A stretch of 37,990 nt of DNA from an uncultured Eubacteriales bacterium (lineage in GTDB: Bacteria; Bacillota; Clostridia; Peptostreptococcales; Anaerovoracaceae), in contig CADBSP010000123.1 of assembly GCA_902797405.1 (NCBI GenBank), forward strand, positions 1-37,990, read 5' to 3'. Made by a program: the position numbers and the translations under genes. How positions within the stretch are numbered: position 1 is the stretch's first letter; every line of letters begins with the position of its first letter. Positions 10,412-20,142 of this stretch are shown here, piece after piece. The notes beneath the pieces were generated by a model that worked only from the letters and a program-made list of their open reading frames with translations, did not search any database and had not been told where the DNA came from.

Positions 10412-10457
10412 GCATTTACAAATCACTTATCGCCTCCTATAAAAGGCGTACTCATAA

Positions 10458-10486
10458 ATTCTAAATTAAGGAGACGCTTTTGTCAA
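10458..10486 (-). promoter_or_regulatory. Near-consensus sigma-A promoter for the tRNA cluster
   Basis: TTGACA-17 nt-TAGAAT on the minus strand. Confidence 0.75.
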
Positions 10487-10545
10487 GGATTTTTTATACT
10501 TTTTGCGACCTCAGTTCTAAAAGCCAGCTATATGAATTTATCACA

Positions 10546-11214
10546 TCAACTGTCCATTGTCAAGGCAAACCTTAGTAAGTTTTCCTCTCCTGCCGGTGTA
10601 TTATCCCCTAATATCACACTGCCGTTTGTAATATCTCTCAATGTGTTTTTCAATGGTTCCAATATGGAATAATGGCAGGAAACGTCCAAAGTTACGTTTT
10701 CCCCAAACTCCGGCTCTCCGGTGATCATTAAGTCTTTTATACTGCTTGGAAACCTATACGAAATAAATTTATTGTACTCCGGATAACTAAGTGAAACTTT
10801 ATATTTTAAAAAGATAGCCGCACCGGCAATCCCAGCTTCTCTAATAACCTCTTCTGCACTTTGACTATATGCTCTAACTAGCCCGCCTGTTCCCAGTTTT
10901 ATTCCACCGAAGTATCTGGTTACAACCAAAGCCAGGTTAGTAAGTCCTTTTCCTTCCAAGACTTTTAGAATCGGAGGTCCGGAAGTACCCTGAGGTTCTC
11001 CATCATCTGAGGCCCATTTTAGTTCCATTTTATTGCCTAAAACAAAAGCAGGAACATTATGCGTAGCATCTTTAAATTCCTGCCTTATTTCATTGAAAAA
11101 CGAATCCACTTCCTCCCTACTTTCACAAGGAAGAACGGTTGCTATGAACCTGGACCTTTCAACGACATATTCAATTCTGGCTCGTTTTAAAACAGTCTTA
11201 TATAAATAATCCAA
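10546..11214 (-). CDS. yigZ: YigZ/IMPACT family protein
   Basis: SRFIA, ATHNVPA, SDDGEPQGTSGPPIL, VTRYFGGIKLGTGGLVRAY; TTG start. Confidence 0.92.
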   Translation of the reverse strand: MDYLYKTVLKRARIEYVVERSRFIATVLPCESREEVDSFFNEIRQEFKDATHNVPAFVLGNKMELKWASDDGEPQGTSGPPILKVLEGKGLTNLALVVTRYFGGIKLGTGGLVRAYSQSAEEVIREAGIAGAAIFLKYKVSLSYPEYNKFISYRFPSSIKDLMITGEPEFGENVTLDVSCHYSILEPLKNTLRDITNGSVILGDNTPAGEENLLRFALTMDS

Positions 11215-11219
11215 ACTTG

Positions 11220-11996
11220 TTAATCCAATTTATCTATTTCTTCTCTTAAATACTCGTTGGTTATCTTTATGCGAGTACCCTTCATTCCCAAGGATCTGGA
11301 TTCGATAACTCCTGCACTTTCCAATTTCCTTAGGGCATTAACAATCACGGATCTGGTAATGCCGTATTTATCAGCGATTTTGCTGGCAACCAAAAGCCCT
11401 TCGTTTCCTTCCAACTCTCCGAATATCTTACTGACAGCTTCTATTTCGGAATAAGAGAGAGTTTCCATAGCATTTACTACAGCATTCTTAAGCCTATTAT
11501 CTTCCTCTTCTTCCAAAGCTATCCCTCTGGATACTTCTATTCCGACAACTGTTGCTCCATATTCACAAATTGCGATGTCTTCATCTGTGAAGACTTTGTC
11601 CCTTCTAACAAAGAGCATCGTCGCCATTCTGTTTCCGCCAAATACCACAGGTACAACCGTGTGGTATTTATAGGCCATGGAATAATCATTTCCATAGAAT
11701 TCCTTGATATCGTCTCCGACAATATTCTCTCTGGTTTCTATTACATCCAGATACTTGTCATTGAACTGTTTAGGCAGAATATACTTTCCGGTCTCGCTAT
11801 CCAACACCAAAGGAGCTTCTTCTCCCTTGTCGAATTTAGCCGCCAGGACCTTTCCTCTTTTGTTCATTATGTAAACATTGGCTTCAACCAAGTCATACAT
11901 GATATTACACAATTCCTCAAAGGAAACATAGCCTGTTGCGCTCTCTGTTAGAACCCAATTAAGTTTACGTACTCTGGTAAGGATATCTGCCCTCAT
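11220..11996 (-). CDS. codY: GTP/BCAA-sensing transcriptional regulator CodY
   Basis: C-terminal TLSYSE...LVASKIADKYGITRSVIVNALRKLESAGVIESRSLGMKGT; follows hslU. ATG at 11996 preferred over GTG at 12002. Confidence 0.96.
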   Translation of the reverse strand: MRADILTRVRKLNWVLTESATGYVSFEELCNIMYDLVEANVYIMNKRGKVLAAKFDKGEEAPLVLDSETGKYILPKQFNDKYLDVIETRENIVGDDIKEFYGNDYSMAYKYHTVVPVVFGGNRMATMLFVRRDKVFTDEDIAICEYGATVVGIEVSRGIALEEEEDNRLKNAVVNAMETLSYSEIEAVSKIFGELEGNEGLLVASKIADKYGITRSVIVNALRKLESAGVIESRSLGMKGTRIKITNEYLREEIDKLD

Positions 11997-12011
11997 ATTC
12001 ACCTCTTTTTC

Positions 12012-13445
12012 CTATAGAATATATCTATCCACATCATCCTTATCGATAGTGTCGCTGAATCTGTCTCTTACATATTCTCTATCGATAGTTAATGGCTTAC
12101 CACCTGTATCAGGTACATTGTAGGATATATCCTCTAACAATTTCTCCATTATGGTATAAAGCCTTCTAGCTCCGATATTCTCAGTTTGTTCATTCATAAG
12201 ATAAGCCATACTTGCAATTTCGTCAATAGCATCTTCAGAAAATTCTAACTTTATATTCTCCGTTGCAAGAAGTGCCTGATTTTGCTTTATTATTGCATTC
12301 TCAGGTACAGTGAGTATCTTCACGAAGGTTTCCTTATCCAGATTATTCAGTTCAACTCTTATCGGAAAACGGCCTTGTAATTCCGGGATTAAATCCGTAG
12401 GCTTGGCAACGTGGAAAGCGCCTGCGCCGATGAACAAAACGTGATCGGTTTTTACCGGACCATATTTTGTGTTAACAACACTTCCCTCAACGATAGGAAG
12501 AATATCTCTTTGGACTCCCTCTCTGGATACATCTGCACCCACTCTATACTCGGAGCTGGAAGCGATTTTATCGAACTCATCGATGAAGATGATTCCGTTT
12601 TGCTCTGCATTATGAAGGGCCTCATCCGTAACCTGATCCATGTCTACCAGATTCTGAGCTTCTTGCTCTCTAAGAATCTTTCTTGCTTCGCTTACTCTTA
12701 CTCTTTTCTTTTTGGTTCGCTTTGGCATCATATCGCCAAAGATATTTCCGATGGCAATAGACATACCTTCGTTGCTCATATCCAATTGATTGCCTTTGGG
12801 TGTGTCTACAATTTCTATTTCAATAAACTGTTCTTCCAATAGTCCCTGTCTGAGTTGCTGACGAACCTGTTCTCTGGCCATCTCAATATCGCCACTAGGT
12901 TTAACTTCTTCCTGGCTCGGTTGATTTTGCTGTTGTCCCGTCTGCATAGGAAATCCATTTAGAATAAAAGTAAATGGATTGTTGGGATTAGGCGCAGCAT
13001 TCTGATTCTGAGTTTTCTTTCCCGGGATAATTGCCTCTAATATTTTTTCCTCAGCAATATTATCTGCAATATCATATTTTTCTTTTAACTTGGATTGCTT
13101 GGTGATTCTAATAGAAGCCTCTACCAAATCCCTAACCATGGAGTCAACATCCCTACCTACATAACCAACCTCAGTGAACTTGGTTGCTTCCACTTTAACA
13201 AAAGGCGCCTCCATGAGTTTGGCCAAACGTCTGGCGATCTCAGTCTTACCACATCCTGTAGGACCCATCATTAAAATATTTTTTGGAGTTATTTCTTCCC
13301 TCATTTCTTCGGAAAGAAGAGACCTTCTGTACCTGTTTCTAAGGGCGATGGCAACCATTTTCTTTGCCTCGTCCTGGCCGATAATATATTTATCAAGTTC
13401 TGCCACAATTTCCTTTGGCGTCATTTCCTGAATTCTGTTTGCCAT
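12012..13445 (-). CDS. hslU: ATP-dependent protease ATPase subunit HslU (ClpY)
   Basis: GPTGCGKTEIARR, EATKFTEVGYVGRD, PELQGRFPIRVEL, NIGARRL. Confidence 0.97.
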   Translation of the reverse strand: MANRIQEMTPKEIVAELDKYIIGQDEAKKMVAIALRNRYRRSLLSEEMREEITPKNILMMGPTGCGKTEIARRLAKLMEAPFVKVEATKFTEVGYVGRDVDSMVRDLVEASIRITKQSKLKEKYDIADNIAEEKILEAIIPGKKTQNQNAAPNPNNPFTFILNGFPMQTGQQQNQPSQEEVKPSGDIEMAREQVRQQLRQGLLEEQFIEIEIVDTPKGNQLDMSNEGMSIAIGNIFGDMMPKRTKKKRVRVSEARKILREQEAQNLVDMDQVTDEALHNAEQNGIIFIDEFDKIASSSEYRVGADVSREGVQRDILPIVEGSVVNTKYGPVKTDHVLFIGAGAFHVAKPTDLIPELQGRFPIRVELNNLDKETFVKILTVPENAIIKQNQALLATENIKLEFSEDAIDEIASMAYLMNEQTENIGARRLYTIMEKLLEDISYNVPDTGGKPLTIDREYVRDRFSDTIDKDDVDRYIL

Positions 13446-13481
13446 GATTTCCTCCTACTAACCCTATAGAGTCTGAGTCAC

Positions 13482-14021
13482 TTAAAGAGTTTCAACTGTT
13501 ATGTGGTCGTTCGTATACACACATATGGATGAAGCAATTGTGAGTGCTTCCTTTACGATTTCTGACGCATTCATTTCTGTGTGATTGAATAATGCGGAAG
13601 CAGCGGCATATGCATAGTTCCCACCTGAACCAATTGCCACAACATCCTGGTCAGGTTTAATGACTTCCCCTGTACCTGAAATAACCAAAAGATCATCTCT
13701 ATCTGCCACAATCATAAGCGCTTCCAGGTTTCTCATTCCCCTGTCAGATCTCCACATCTGAGCTAAATCAACAGCTGCCCTCTTTAGATTTCCCCCATGT
13801 TCTTCAAGCTTCTTTTCGAATTTCTCTGTCAAAGAAAAGGCATCGGACACTGTACCGGCAAACCCGGTTAGCACCTTTCCACCATAGATTCTTTTTACCT
13901 TTTTCGCACTGTTCTTCATTATTGAGGTTTCGCCCATAGTGACCTGTCCATCGCCTCCAATAGCAACATCATCGGGACCCTTCCTCACTGCACAAATTGT
14001 AGTTGCATGAAATTCTATCAT
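13482..14021 (-). CDS. hslV: ATP-dependent protease peptidase subunit HslV (ClpQ)
   Basis: FHATTI, GDGQVT, IGSGG, ICVYTN. Confidence 0.96.
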   Translation of the reverse strand: MIEFHATTICAVRKGPDDVAIGGDGQVTMGETSIMKNSAKKVKRIYGGKVLTGFAGTVSDAFSLTEKFEKKLEEHGGNLKRAAVDLAQMWRSDRGMRNLEALMIVADRDDLLVISGTGEVIKPDQDVVAIGSGGNYAYAAASALFNHTEMNASEIVKEALTIASSICVYTNDHITVETL

Positions 14022-14057
14022 TCTTTATCCCTCCATAAAGGTTATCCATATTTGCAA

Positions 14058-14081
14058 GGACGGTTTCCTCGGAAACCGTCC
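14058..14081 (-). terminator. Stem-loop downstream of topA (possible terminator; weak U-tract)
   Basis: GGACGGTTTC-ctcg-GAAACCGTCC, a perfect 10-bp stem. Confidence 0.5.
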
Positions 14082-14094
14082 CATTAATAATCAA

Positions 14095-16215
14095 TTATTT
14101 TTCTGTATATCCACATTCGGAATTTGAACAAACCAATTGTTTGCTTCTGCCTCCCTTTGTTGTCAATAAGCTACCGCAATCGGGGCATTTTTTGTCTACA
14201 GGTTTATTCCAGAATACAGTATTACATTCTGGATACCCACTGCAGCCATAGAATAAACGTCCTTTTTTACTGCGCCTTGCCACCAGGTCCTTTCCACAAA
14301 CCGGACATGGGACTCCAACCTTCTCTACAATAGGCTTAGTGTTCTTACATTCAGGATATCCACTGCAAGCAATGAAATCTCCAAATCTTCCATTCTTTAT
14401 CACCAAAGGTTTACCACAGAATTCACAGTTTTCTCCGGTGAGTTGATCTTCTATCTTTACCCTCTCAATTACTTTATCGGCAGCCTCCAATTCCTTTGAA
14501 AACGGGCCATAGAAATCCCCTACAACTTTCTTCCATTCGATTTCATTCATTTCTATGGCGTCGAGCTTATCCTCCATCTCAGCCGTAAAGTTAACGTCCA
14601 CGATATCTTGGAAGTGTTCTTCCATCATGTCATTAACAACGAAGCCTAGGTCGGTTGCTTTTAATGACTTCTTTTCCTTTGTCACATATCTTCTTTCAGA
14701 TAAAGTACTTACAATCGGTGCATATGTACTCGGTCTTCCTATATTTTTCTCTTCTAATTCTCTTACGAGACTTGCTTCTGTATATCTGGCGGGAGGCTGT
14801 GTAAAAGCTTGTTCTCCGGTGATTTCCTCTGCCTTAAGTTCCTCTCCCTGTTCAATTTTAGGAAGCATTTTATTATCTTCATCATCGTTTGCCAGCTTAT
14901 AGACTTTTCTGAAACCCTCGAAAAGTAGTTCTGAACCGTTGGCTCTTAATCCATATACTCCGTTTGCGATATTAACCTGAACGCTGTTAAATCTGGCAGG
15001 AGTCATTTGGCTGGCCACAAATCTGTTCCAAATCAAATTATAGAGTTTGAACTGATCTGAAGTTAACGAATCCTTTATGGCAGCAGGTGCCAAAGTTATA
15101 TCCGAAGGTCTAATTGCTTCATGGGCATCCTGTATATCTTTTTTCTTATTGGTGTAAACATTGTTTCCACAATAAGCATTTCCGAATCTTTGTGCAATAT
15201 ACTCCTTTGCTGCAAGTCTGGCTGTATCTGAAACTCTTACAGAGTCAGTTCTAAGATAGGTAATAAGACCTGTAGTGCCCTGACCCTTAATATCAATACC
15301 TTCATAGAGTTGTTGTGCAATCATCATGGTTTTTCTTGCATTGAAATTCAGTCTGTTTCCAGCTTCCTGTTGCATGCTGCTGGTTGTAAATGGCGGTGCC
15401 GGTCTTACTGTACGCTCTTTTTCTATAACGCTCGATACGATGAATGAACCCTTTTCTAAATCACTTATAATTGCGTCATTTTCTGCCTTATTGCTTACGG
15501 TTATCTTTTCTCCGTTCTTTTCGATAAGCTTGGCCGAGAACTTTGTTCCCTTCCTAAAAACAGCATTTATATTCCAAAACTCCTGTGGAACAAAAGCCTG
15601 GATTTCTTTCTCTCTATCGCAGATTATTTTTAGAGCAGCGGATTGAACTCGGCCTGCAGAAAGGCCCTTTCTAACCTTTCTCCAAAGAAGAGGACTGATT
15701 TCATAACCAACCAATCTGTCCAGTTCTCTTCTGGCCTGCTGTGCATCAACCAATCCAAGGTTAATTGGTCTTGGGTTCTTTATGGCTTCTTTAATAGTAT
15801 TCTTGGTTATTTCATGGAACTCAATTCTGCATGGCGAGGCAGGATCAATCCCCAGCAAGAATGCCAGGTGCCAGGAAATGGCTTCACCCTCTCTATCAGG
15901 GTCCGTTGCCAGGAAGACTTCTGAAGCTTTGGATGCTTCTTTCTTTAGTTCCTTTATGAGTGCACCTTTACCCCTGATGGGTATGTATTGTGGTTCAAAA
16001 TTGTTTTCTTTATCGATACCCAATTTGCTCTTGGGAAGATCTCTAACATGACCAACAGATGCAATGACCTTATATTTAGCCCCCAGGTATTTACCGATGG
16101 TTTTGGCCTTGGATGGCGATTCAACTATTACAAGTATTTTCCCTTTTTCTGTTGTTTTTTTAGCCCTCGATTTAGGCTTAGCTACCGAACTTTTCTTTGC
16201 TGCTACAGCGCTCAT
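14095..16215 (-). CDS. topA: DNA topoisomerase I
   Basis: VIVESPSKAKTI, ATDPDREGE, SAGRVQS, ITYLRTDS, GRPSTYA, three C-terminal Zn ribbons. Confidence 0.97.
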   Translation of the reverse strand: MSAVAAKKSSVAKPKSRAKKTTEKGKILVIVESPSKAKTIGKYLGAKYKVIASVGHVRDLPKSKLGIDKENNFEPQYIPIRGKGALIKELKKEASKASEVFLATDPDREGEAISWHLAFLLGIDPASPCRIEFHEITKNTIKEAIKNPRPINLGLVDAQQARRELDRLVGYEISPLLWRKVRKGLSAGRVQSAALKIICDREKEIQAFVPQEFWNINAVFRKGTKFSAKLIEKNGEKITVSNKAENDAIISDLEKGSFIVSSVIEKERTVRPAPPFTTSSMQQEAGNRLNFNARKTMMIAQQLYEGIDIKGQGTTGLITYLRTDSVRVSDTARLAAKEYIAQRFGNAYCGNNVYTNKKKDIQDAHEAIRPSDITLAPAAIKDSLTSDQFKLYNLIWNRFVASQMTPARFNSVQVNIANGVYGLRANGSELLFEGFRKVYKLANDDEDNKMLPKIEQGEELKAEEITGEQAFTQPPARYTEASLVRELEEKNIGRPSTYAPIVSTLSERRYVTKEKKSLKATDLGFVVNDMMEEHFQDIVDVNFTAEMEDKLDAIEMNEIEWKKVVGDFYGPFSKELEAADKVIERVKIEDQLTGENCEFCGKPLVIKNGRFGDFIACSGYPECKNTKPIVEKVGVPCPVCGKDLVARRSKKGRLFYGCSGYPECNTVFWNKPVDKKCPDCGSLLTTKGGRSKQLVCSNSECGYTEK

Positions 16216-16277
16216 GGTTCCTCCAAATATAACTATAATCTATTATTTTTTAAATCCAAATGATTAAAACATATAAT

Positions 16278-16306
16278 ATAGTAGTTAATAATCGTAATAT
16301 TTGCAA
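16278..16306 (-). promoter_or_regulatory. Possible sigma-A promoter for topA
   Basis: TTGCAA-17 nt-TACTAT on the minus strand in AT-rich DNA. Confidence 0.4.
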
Positions 16307-16321
16307 GCAAAAAATAATTAA

Positions 16322-17221
16322 TTATGCAAAATTTGATATAGAAACTCTTCCCATTTCGCAAAAAATCAAGCCCTTCATTTCCAGCACTGTTATTATCCCA
16401 TTCGTTTCTGACACAGTCATATCAACCTTTTCAGCTATTTCTCCCAAAGGTACTTCTCCTAATCCTGCTATTAATTCCAGGATTCTTTTTTCATCATCTC
16501 CCAATCCTTCCAGGGCATTAAGATTTCTATCCATACCTACAATCTTGCCGGCATTTCTTCTCTTTATGATTTCTGAAAACAAATCGTCTATGATTACTAA
16601 TGCCTTTGCTCCATCTCTAATTAGTTTATTTGGACCCATGCTATAAATATTTGTGATATTTCCCGGTACAGCAAATACCTCCTTACCCTGCTCCACTGCA
16701 CATTCCGCAGTTATCAAAGATCCGGATCTGGTTGCTGCCTCCACAACTACAATCGCTTCCGATAGTGCACTTATAAGTCTGTTTCTATGAGGAAAGAATC
16801 CCGGATGCGCCTGAGTCCCGGGAGGGTATTCCGACAGCATCAAAGAATGTTTCTTTATTTTCTCATATAAATCCTTGTTTTCCTTGGGATATACCACATC
16901 CAACCCACATCCTACTACACCTATGGTCTGTCCTCCGGCCTGAAGGACTTCTCTATGTGCAGCTGAATCTATCCCTCTGGCAACACCGCTCACAACAACT
17001 ATTCCGTACGCCGCTGCTCTTCTGGCAATTTCTTTGGTCACAGCCAAACCGTATTTAGTGCATCTTCTGGTTCCAACTATTCCAACCGCCGGCCTATCTG
17101 TCAAACTCAAATCCCCCTCGTAGTATAATGGCGCCTTATTCTTCACAAAGAGGTTTATTTTTTCAGGATATCTCTCGTCTCCTAATTCCAGTTTTCCTTT
17201 ATCAAGGTTTAATTCACTCAA
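16322..17221 (-). CDS. dprA: DNA-processing protein DprA (Rossmann domain plus C-terminal winged helix)
   Basis: IVGTR, VSGVARGID..AH, FPHRNRLISALS, VVEA...SGSLITA, VFAVPG; TTG start. Confidence 0.95.
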   Translation of the reverse strand: MSELNLDKGKLELGDERYPEKINLFVKNKAPLYYEGDLSLTDRPAVGIVGTRRCTKYGLAVTKEIARRAAAYGIVVVSGVARGIDSAAHREVLQAGGQTIGVVGCGLDVVYPKENKDLYEKIKKHSLMLSEYPPGTQAHPGFFPHRNRLISALSEAIVVVEAATRSGSLITAECAVEQGKEVFAVPGNITNIYSMGPNKLIRDGAKALVIIDDLFSEIIKRRNAGKIVGMDRNLNALEGLGDDEKRILELIAGLGEVPLGEIAEKVDMTVSETNGIITVLEMKGLIFCEMGRVSISNFA

Positions 17222-17222
17222 A

Positions 17223-18755
17223 CTATTTCCTCCTCTCTCTATACTGAAGCGCCTCCGCCATATGTTTTAGTTCTATTAATTCTTCTCCTTCGATATCCGC
17301 TATCGTCCTGGCAATCTTCTTTACCTTGGTCGCGCTCCTGGGTTCTAGCGCCATACTGTCATATGCATTTCTAAAGAGGCTTTCAGCATCACCCCGCATT
17401 ATGCAGACATCCTTAAGCGCGGCATCGTCCAATTCACTGTTAAGGAATGCTTTTGACTTATTAAATCTATTCTTTTGAATAAGCCTCGCCCTTTCAATTT
17501 CATCTCGCATTTCTTTGCTGCTCTTTCCATCTTTGCCTGTAAGATCTACATATTCAGGACTTGTCAATTCCACGTGAATATCAATTCTTCCGAGCATAGG
17601 CCCTGAGATTCTGGATCTATATGCCTGCAATTCATTTGGAGTGCATGTGCACTCCTTTCTGGGGTCCCCGTAATGCCCGCATTTACATGGGTTAGATGCT
17701 GCGACAAACATAAAATCTGCAGGGTATTTATATGTTTCTCCCATCCTGTTTATTATTACCGATTTACTCTCCATTGGAATTCTAAGGCAGTCAATTAGAT
17801 CCCTTCCTCTTTCCCCTAGTTCATCAATGAATAGTACGCCCTTATGAGCCAACGTAACTTCTCCTGGCCTCGGAGGCACTCCACTTCCGAGTAAACCCGG
17901 AATAGTAATACTCATACCGGGATTTCTAAACGGTCTCTGTGTTATTATCTGATTCTCATCATTTAGCAAGCCCGCAACAGAGTATATCGATGTTAATTCC
18001 AGTATTTCTTCCCTATTTAGCTCTGGCATCACAAACGGAAGTCGCTCAGCCATCATCGTTTTCCCGGTTCCAGGACTTCCCTTCATCATGATTCCATGGC
18101 CACCTGCAGCAGCAATTGTTACAGCCCGTTTCGCGTGCTCCTGTCCCTTGATTTCAATATAGTCAGGTACTTGCTCCATCGAATAATCCTTGGATAGTTC
18201 ATGTTTCGAATCCTGAATGGAGGTATGTATCATTCTATCTTCCAAATTGTTTAAATAATTAACTAAGGTTTTCAAATCAGGCGCAGCCAGGACTTCTATC
18301 CCTTCAACCAAAAGAGATTCTTCAATATTTCCAACAGGCACTATTACTCTTTTTATCCCACCATTTCTGAGGACTTTTACCATCGGCATAACGCCTCTGC
18401 ATCTGTTGATTTCACCGTTTAATGCCAATTCACCCAGTAACCCTGTATTCTTTAATCTTTCTCCGGAAACCTGACCCGAAGAAATAAGCAAACCTATTCC
18501 CATGGCGAGATCGAAATGGCTTCCTTTCTTTCGTAGCCATGCAGGCGAAAGATTAATAGTAATTCTTTCGTTTGGAAACTCATATTTACTTGAAGTGATA
18601 GCAGAGCGAATCCTGGCCGCAGCCTCCTTAACAATTGTATCTCCTAAACCTATAATATTGATATTGGGCAGCCCTCTCACAATATCTGTTTCTATATCTA
18701 TGAGCCTGGCGTCCATTCCATTTATGGAAGCGGATTTAACTCTGGAAAGCATCAT
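17223..18755 (-). CDS. comM: YifB/ComM family Mg-chelatase-like AAA+ ATPase
   Basis: ITINLSPA..K.GSHFDLA, GELALNG, KGQEHAKRA, GSPGTGKT, GEVTLAHKGVLFIDE, NPCKCG, ARTIAD. Confidence 0.92.
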   Translation of the reverse strand: MMLSRVKSASINGMDARLIDIETDIVRGLPNINIIGLGDTIVKEAAARIRSAITSSKYEFPNERITINLSPAWLRKKGSHFDLAMGIGLLISSGQVSGERLKNTGLLGELALNGEINRCRGVMPMVKVLRNGGIKRVIVPVGNIEESLLVEGIEVLAAPDLKTLVNYLNNLEDRMIHTSIQDSKHELSKDYSMEQVPDYIEIKGQEHAKRAVTIAAAGGHGIMMKGSPGTGKTMMAERLPFVMPELNREEILELTSIYSVAGLLNDENQIITQRPFRNPGMSITIPGLLGSGVPPRPGEVTLAHKGVLFIDELGERGRDLIDCLRIPMESKSVIINRMGETYKYPADFMFVAASNPCKCGHYGDPRKECTCTPNELQAYRSRISGPMLGRIDIHVELTSPEYVDLTGKDGKSSKEMRDEIERARLIQKNRFNKSKAFLNSELDDAALKDVCIMRGDAESLFRNAYDSMALEPRSATKVKKIARTIADIEGEELIELKHMAEALQYRERRK

Positions 18756-19108
18756 TCCACCCCCTCAATATGATTAACCAAAACCTCGATTACATCTATC
18801 GTATACTTGTATTCAGGAATACAGCATGGACAAGACTTGATCTTTTCCTCAAAATCCTTTATAAAGAACTCCGCTGTGTTCTTTATATGCTTTAGTTTCT
18901 CCTTTGTCACCGATTCTTTTGGAAATCCGTATTCAATCCCTGTTCTGGTCTTAACTTCAACAAAATGAATCGTGTCTCCGTATCTGGAAATAATGTCAAT
19001 TTCCCCTGTTTTACATCTGTAACCCCTTGCCAGTATTTCGTGCCCTTTGGCATACAAAAACTTTGTTGCCATATCCTCGCCTGACTTTCCAAGCAGTGTT
19101 TTATTCAT
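18752..19108 (-). CDS. YraN family (UPF0102) putative endonuclease
   Basis: LGKSGED.A, GEIDII, FVEVKTR; ATG at 19108 has a GAGGAGG SD; stop overlaps the comM start. Confidence 0.9.
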   Translation of the reverse strand: MNKTLLGKSGEDMATKFLYAKGHEILARGYRCKTGEIDIISRYGDTIHFVEVKTRTGIEYGFPKESVTKEKLKHIKNTAEFFIKDFEEKIKSCPCCIPEYKYTIDVIEVLVNHIEGVE

Positions 19109-19130
19109 AAATTCTTTCCTCCTCATTCAA

Positions 19131-19188
19131 AAAAAATGACATATATTGTAATTATATTATCATAACAATTACAATAATGTCAATTTTT
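19131..19188 (-). promoter_or_regulatory. Long imperfect inverted repeat containing the yraN-comM-dprA promoter
   Basis: Arms TGACAT(a)TATTGTAATT and AATTACAATAATGTCA; TTGACA at 19183-19178 on minus; -10-like GATAAT/TAATAT in the loop; T8 tract follows on the minus strand. Confidence 0.6.
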
Positions 19189-19219
19189 CCCATAGAATCC
19201 CCTTACAATTCCCATAGGT
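19187..19219. repeat. Three tandem 11-bp direct repeats next to the -35 of yraN-comM-dprA (putative regulator-binding site)
   Basis: + strand: TTCCCATAGAA (19187), TCCCCTTACAA (19198), TTCCCATAGGT (19209). Confidence 0.75.
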
Positions 19220-19251
19220 CTTTATTCAATTGAAAAATGAAGCTTTTCAGG

Positions 19252-20097
19252 CTATTTAAAGGCGAATTTTTCTATCGCATATGCTACTCCATCTTCATAA
19301 TTTGGCAAAGTCACATAATCTGCAACCTTCTTCACCGGATCTTCAGCATTCCCCATTGCTATTCCTAGTCCGGCCAGCTTTATCATCTCAATATCATTTG
19401 GATTGTCTCCGCATGCCATCAGGTTTTCTTTTTTAACCCCCATTTTTTCCATCAAAAATCTTAGAGCCTCTCCCTTGCTCGTAGTTGCTCCCCCTATTTC
19501 ATTATTAAGTGGAACTGATGATGTTAGCTTTATGTTTTTTATTCCCTTAAGTATCTCTTGCATCGGGGATTTTTCTTCCATGGTCATGTAATTAACATTT
19601 ATATTTTCTATCTTGGATTTATGCTTTAATAATAGCGAATAGACATCGTCAACCGGTATTCTGCTCCATTTAAGATACTCTTTGCTTCTGGTTTTCTTTA
19701 TCCCATTCATAACATTGTCGTACTCACGTCTTCCAATATATGCACAGCCATCAACAAAAACCTCTATATCGGTATCATTCTCCGTAAGGACTTTGTAAAT
19801 TGTTTCAATTTCAGATTCCGCGATGTAATTCTCATAAACAATCCTGTTATCTACTATGTCTAATATCCTTGCTCCGTTTGAGGTTGCAACATATCTAAGA
19901 CCTTTGATTTCAAAAATACAATCAGGAAGAGATTGCTGAGCTCTCCCTGTTGCTATGATTATTTCTATTCCTCTTTTGATTGCCTGATTAAAAACATCTA
20001 CTGTTCGCTCGGAAAAACCCGTTTCGCTGGAAAGTGCGGTTCCATCCAGATCCAAGCCAATCATCTTAATCTCGTTTTGATAAATAAAGTCATTCAT
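19252..20097 (-). CDS. Cof-type HAD-IIB hydrolase
   Basis: DLDGT motif I, ATGR motif II, K and GDNPND motifs, AMGNA, DGVA. Confidence 0.92.
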   Translation of the reverse strand: MNDFIYQNEIKMIGLDLDGTALSSETGFSERTVDVFNQAIKRGIEIIIATGRAQQSLPDCIFEIKGLRYVATSNGARILDIVDNRIVYENYIAESEIETIYKVLTENDTDIEVFVDGCAYIGRREYDNVMNGIKKTRSKEYLKWSRIPVDDVYSLLLKHKSKIENINVNYMTMEEKSPMQEILKGIKNIKLTSSVPLNNEIGGATTSKGEALRFLMEKMGVKKENLMACGDNPNDIEMIKLAGLGIAMGNAEDPVKKVADYVTLPNYEDGVAYAIEKFAFK

Positions 20098-20142
20098 TAC
20101 TTTTGGAGTTCCTTTTTAATACTCTGTTAAACGATTTTTACA

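Noticed and set aside
10080..10546. Genomic island or prophage integrated at the tRNA cluster
   Set aside because: No integrase, att duplication or mobile genes; both flanks are housekeeping genes.
9401..10672. ORFs 9401-9934, 10036-10284, 10079-10297, 10214-10426, 10334-10672
   Set aside because: They lie antisense to spoVG/BFD or on top of tRNA genes.
14022..14094. xerC/trmFO remnant between topA and hslV
   Set aside because: The gap is 73 nt with only a hairpin and SD; the genes are simply absent here.
19137..19182. Resemblance of TGACAT...ATGTCA to the streptococcal ComR box
   Set aside because: The half-sites are over 30 nt apart instead of nearly adjacent; better explained as a hairpin overlapping the promoter.
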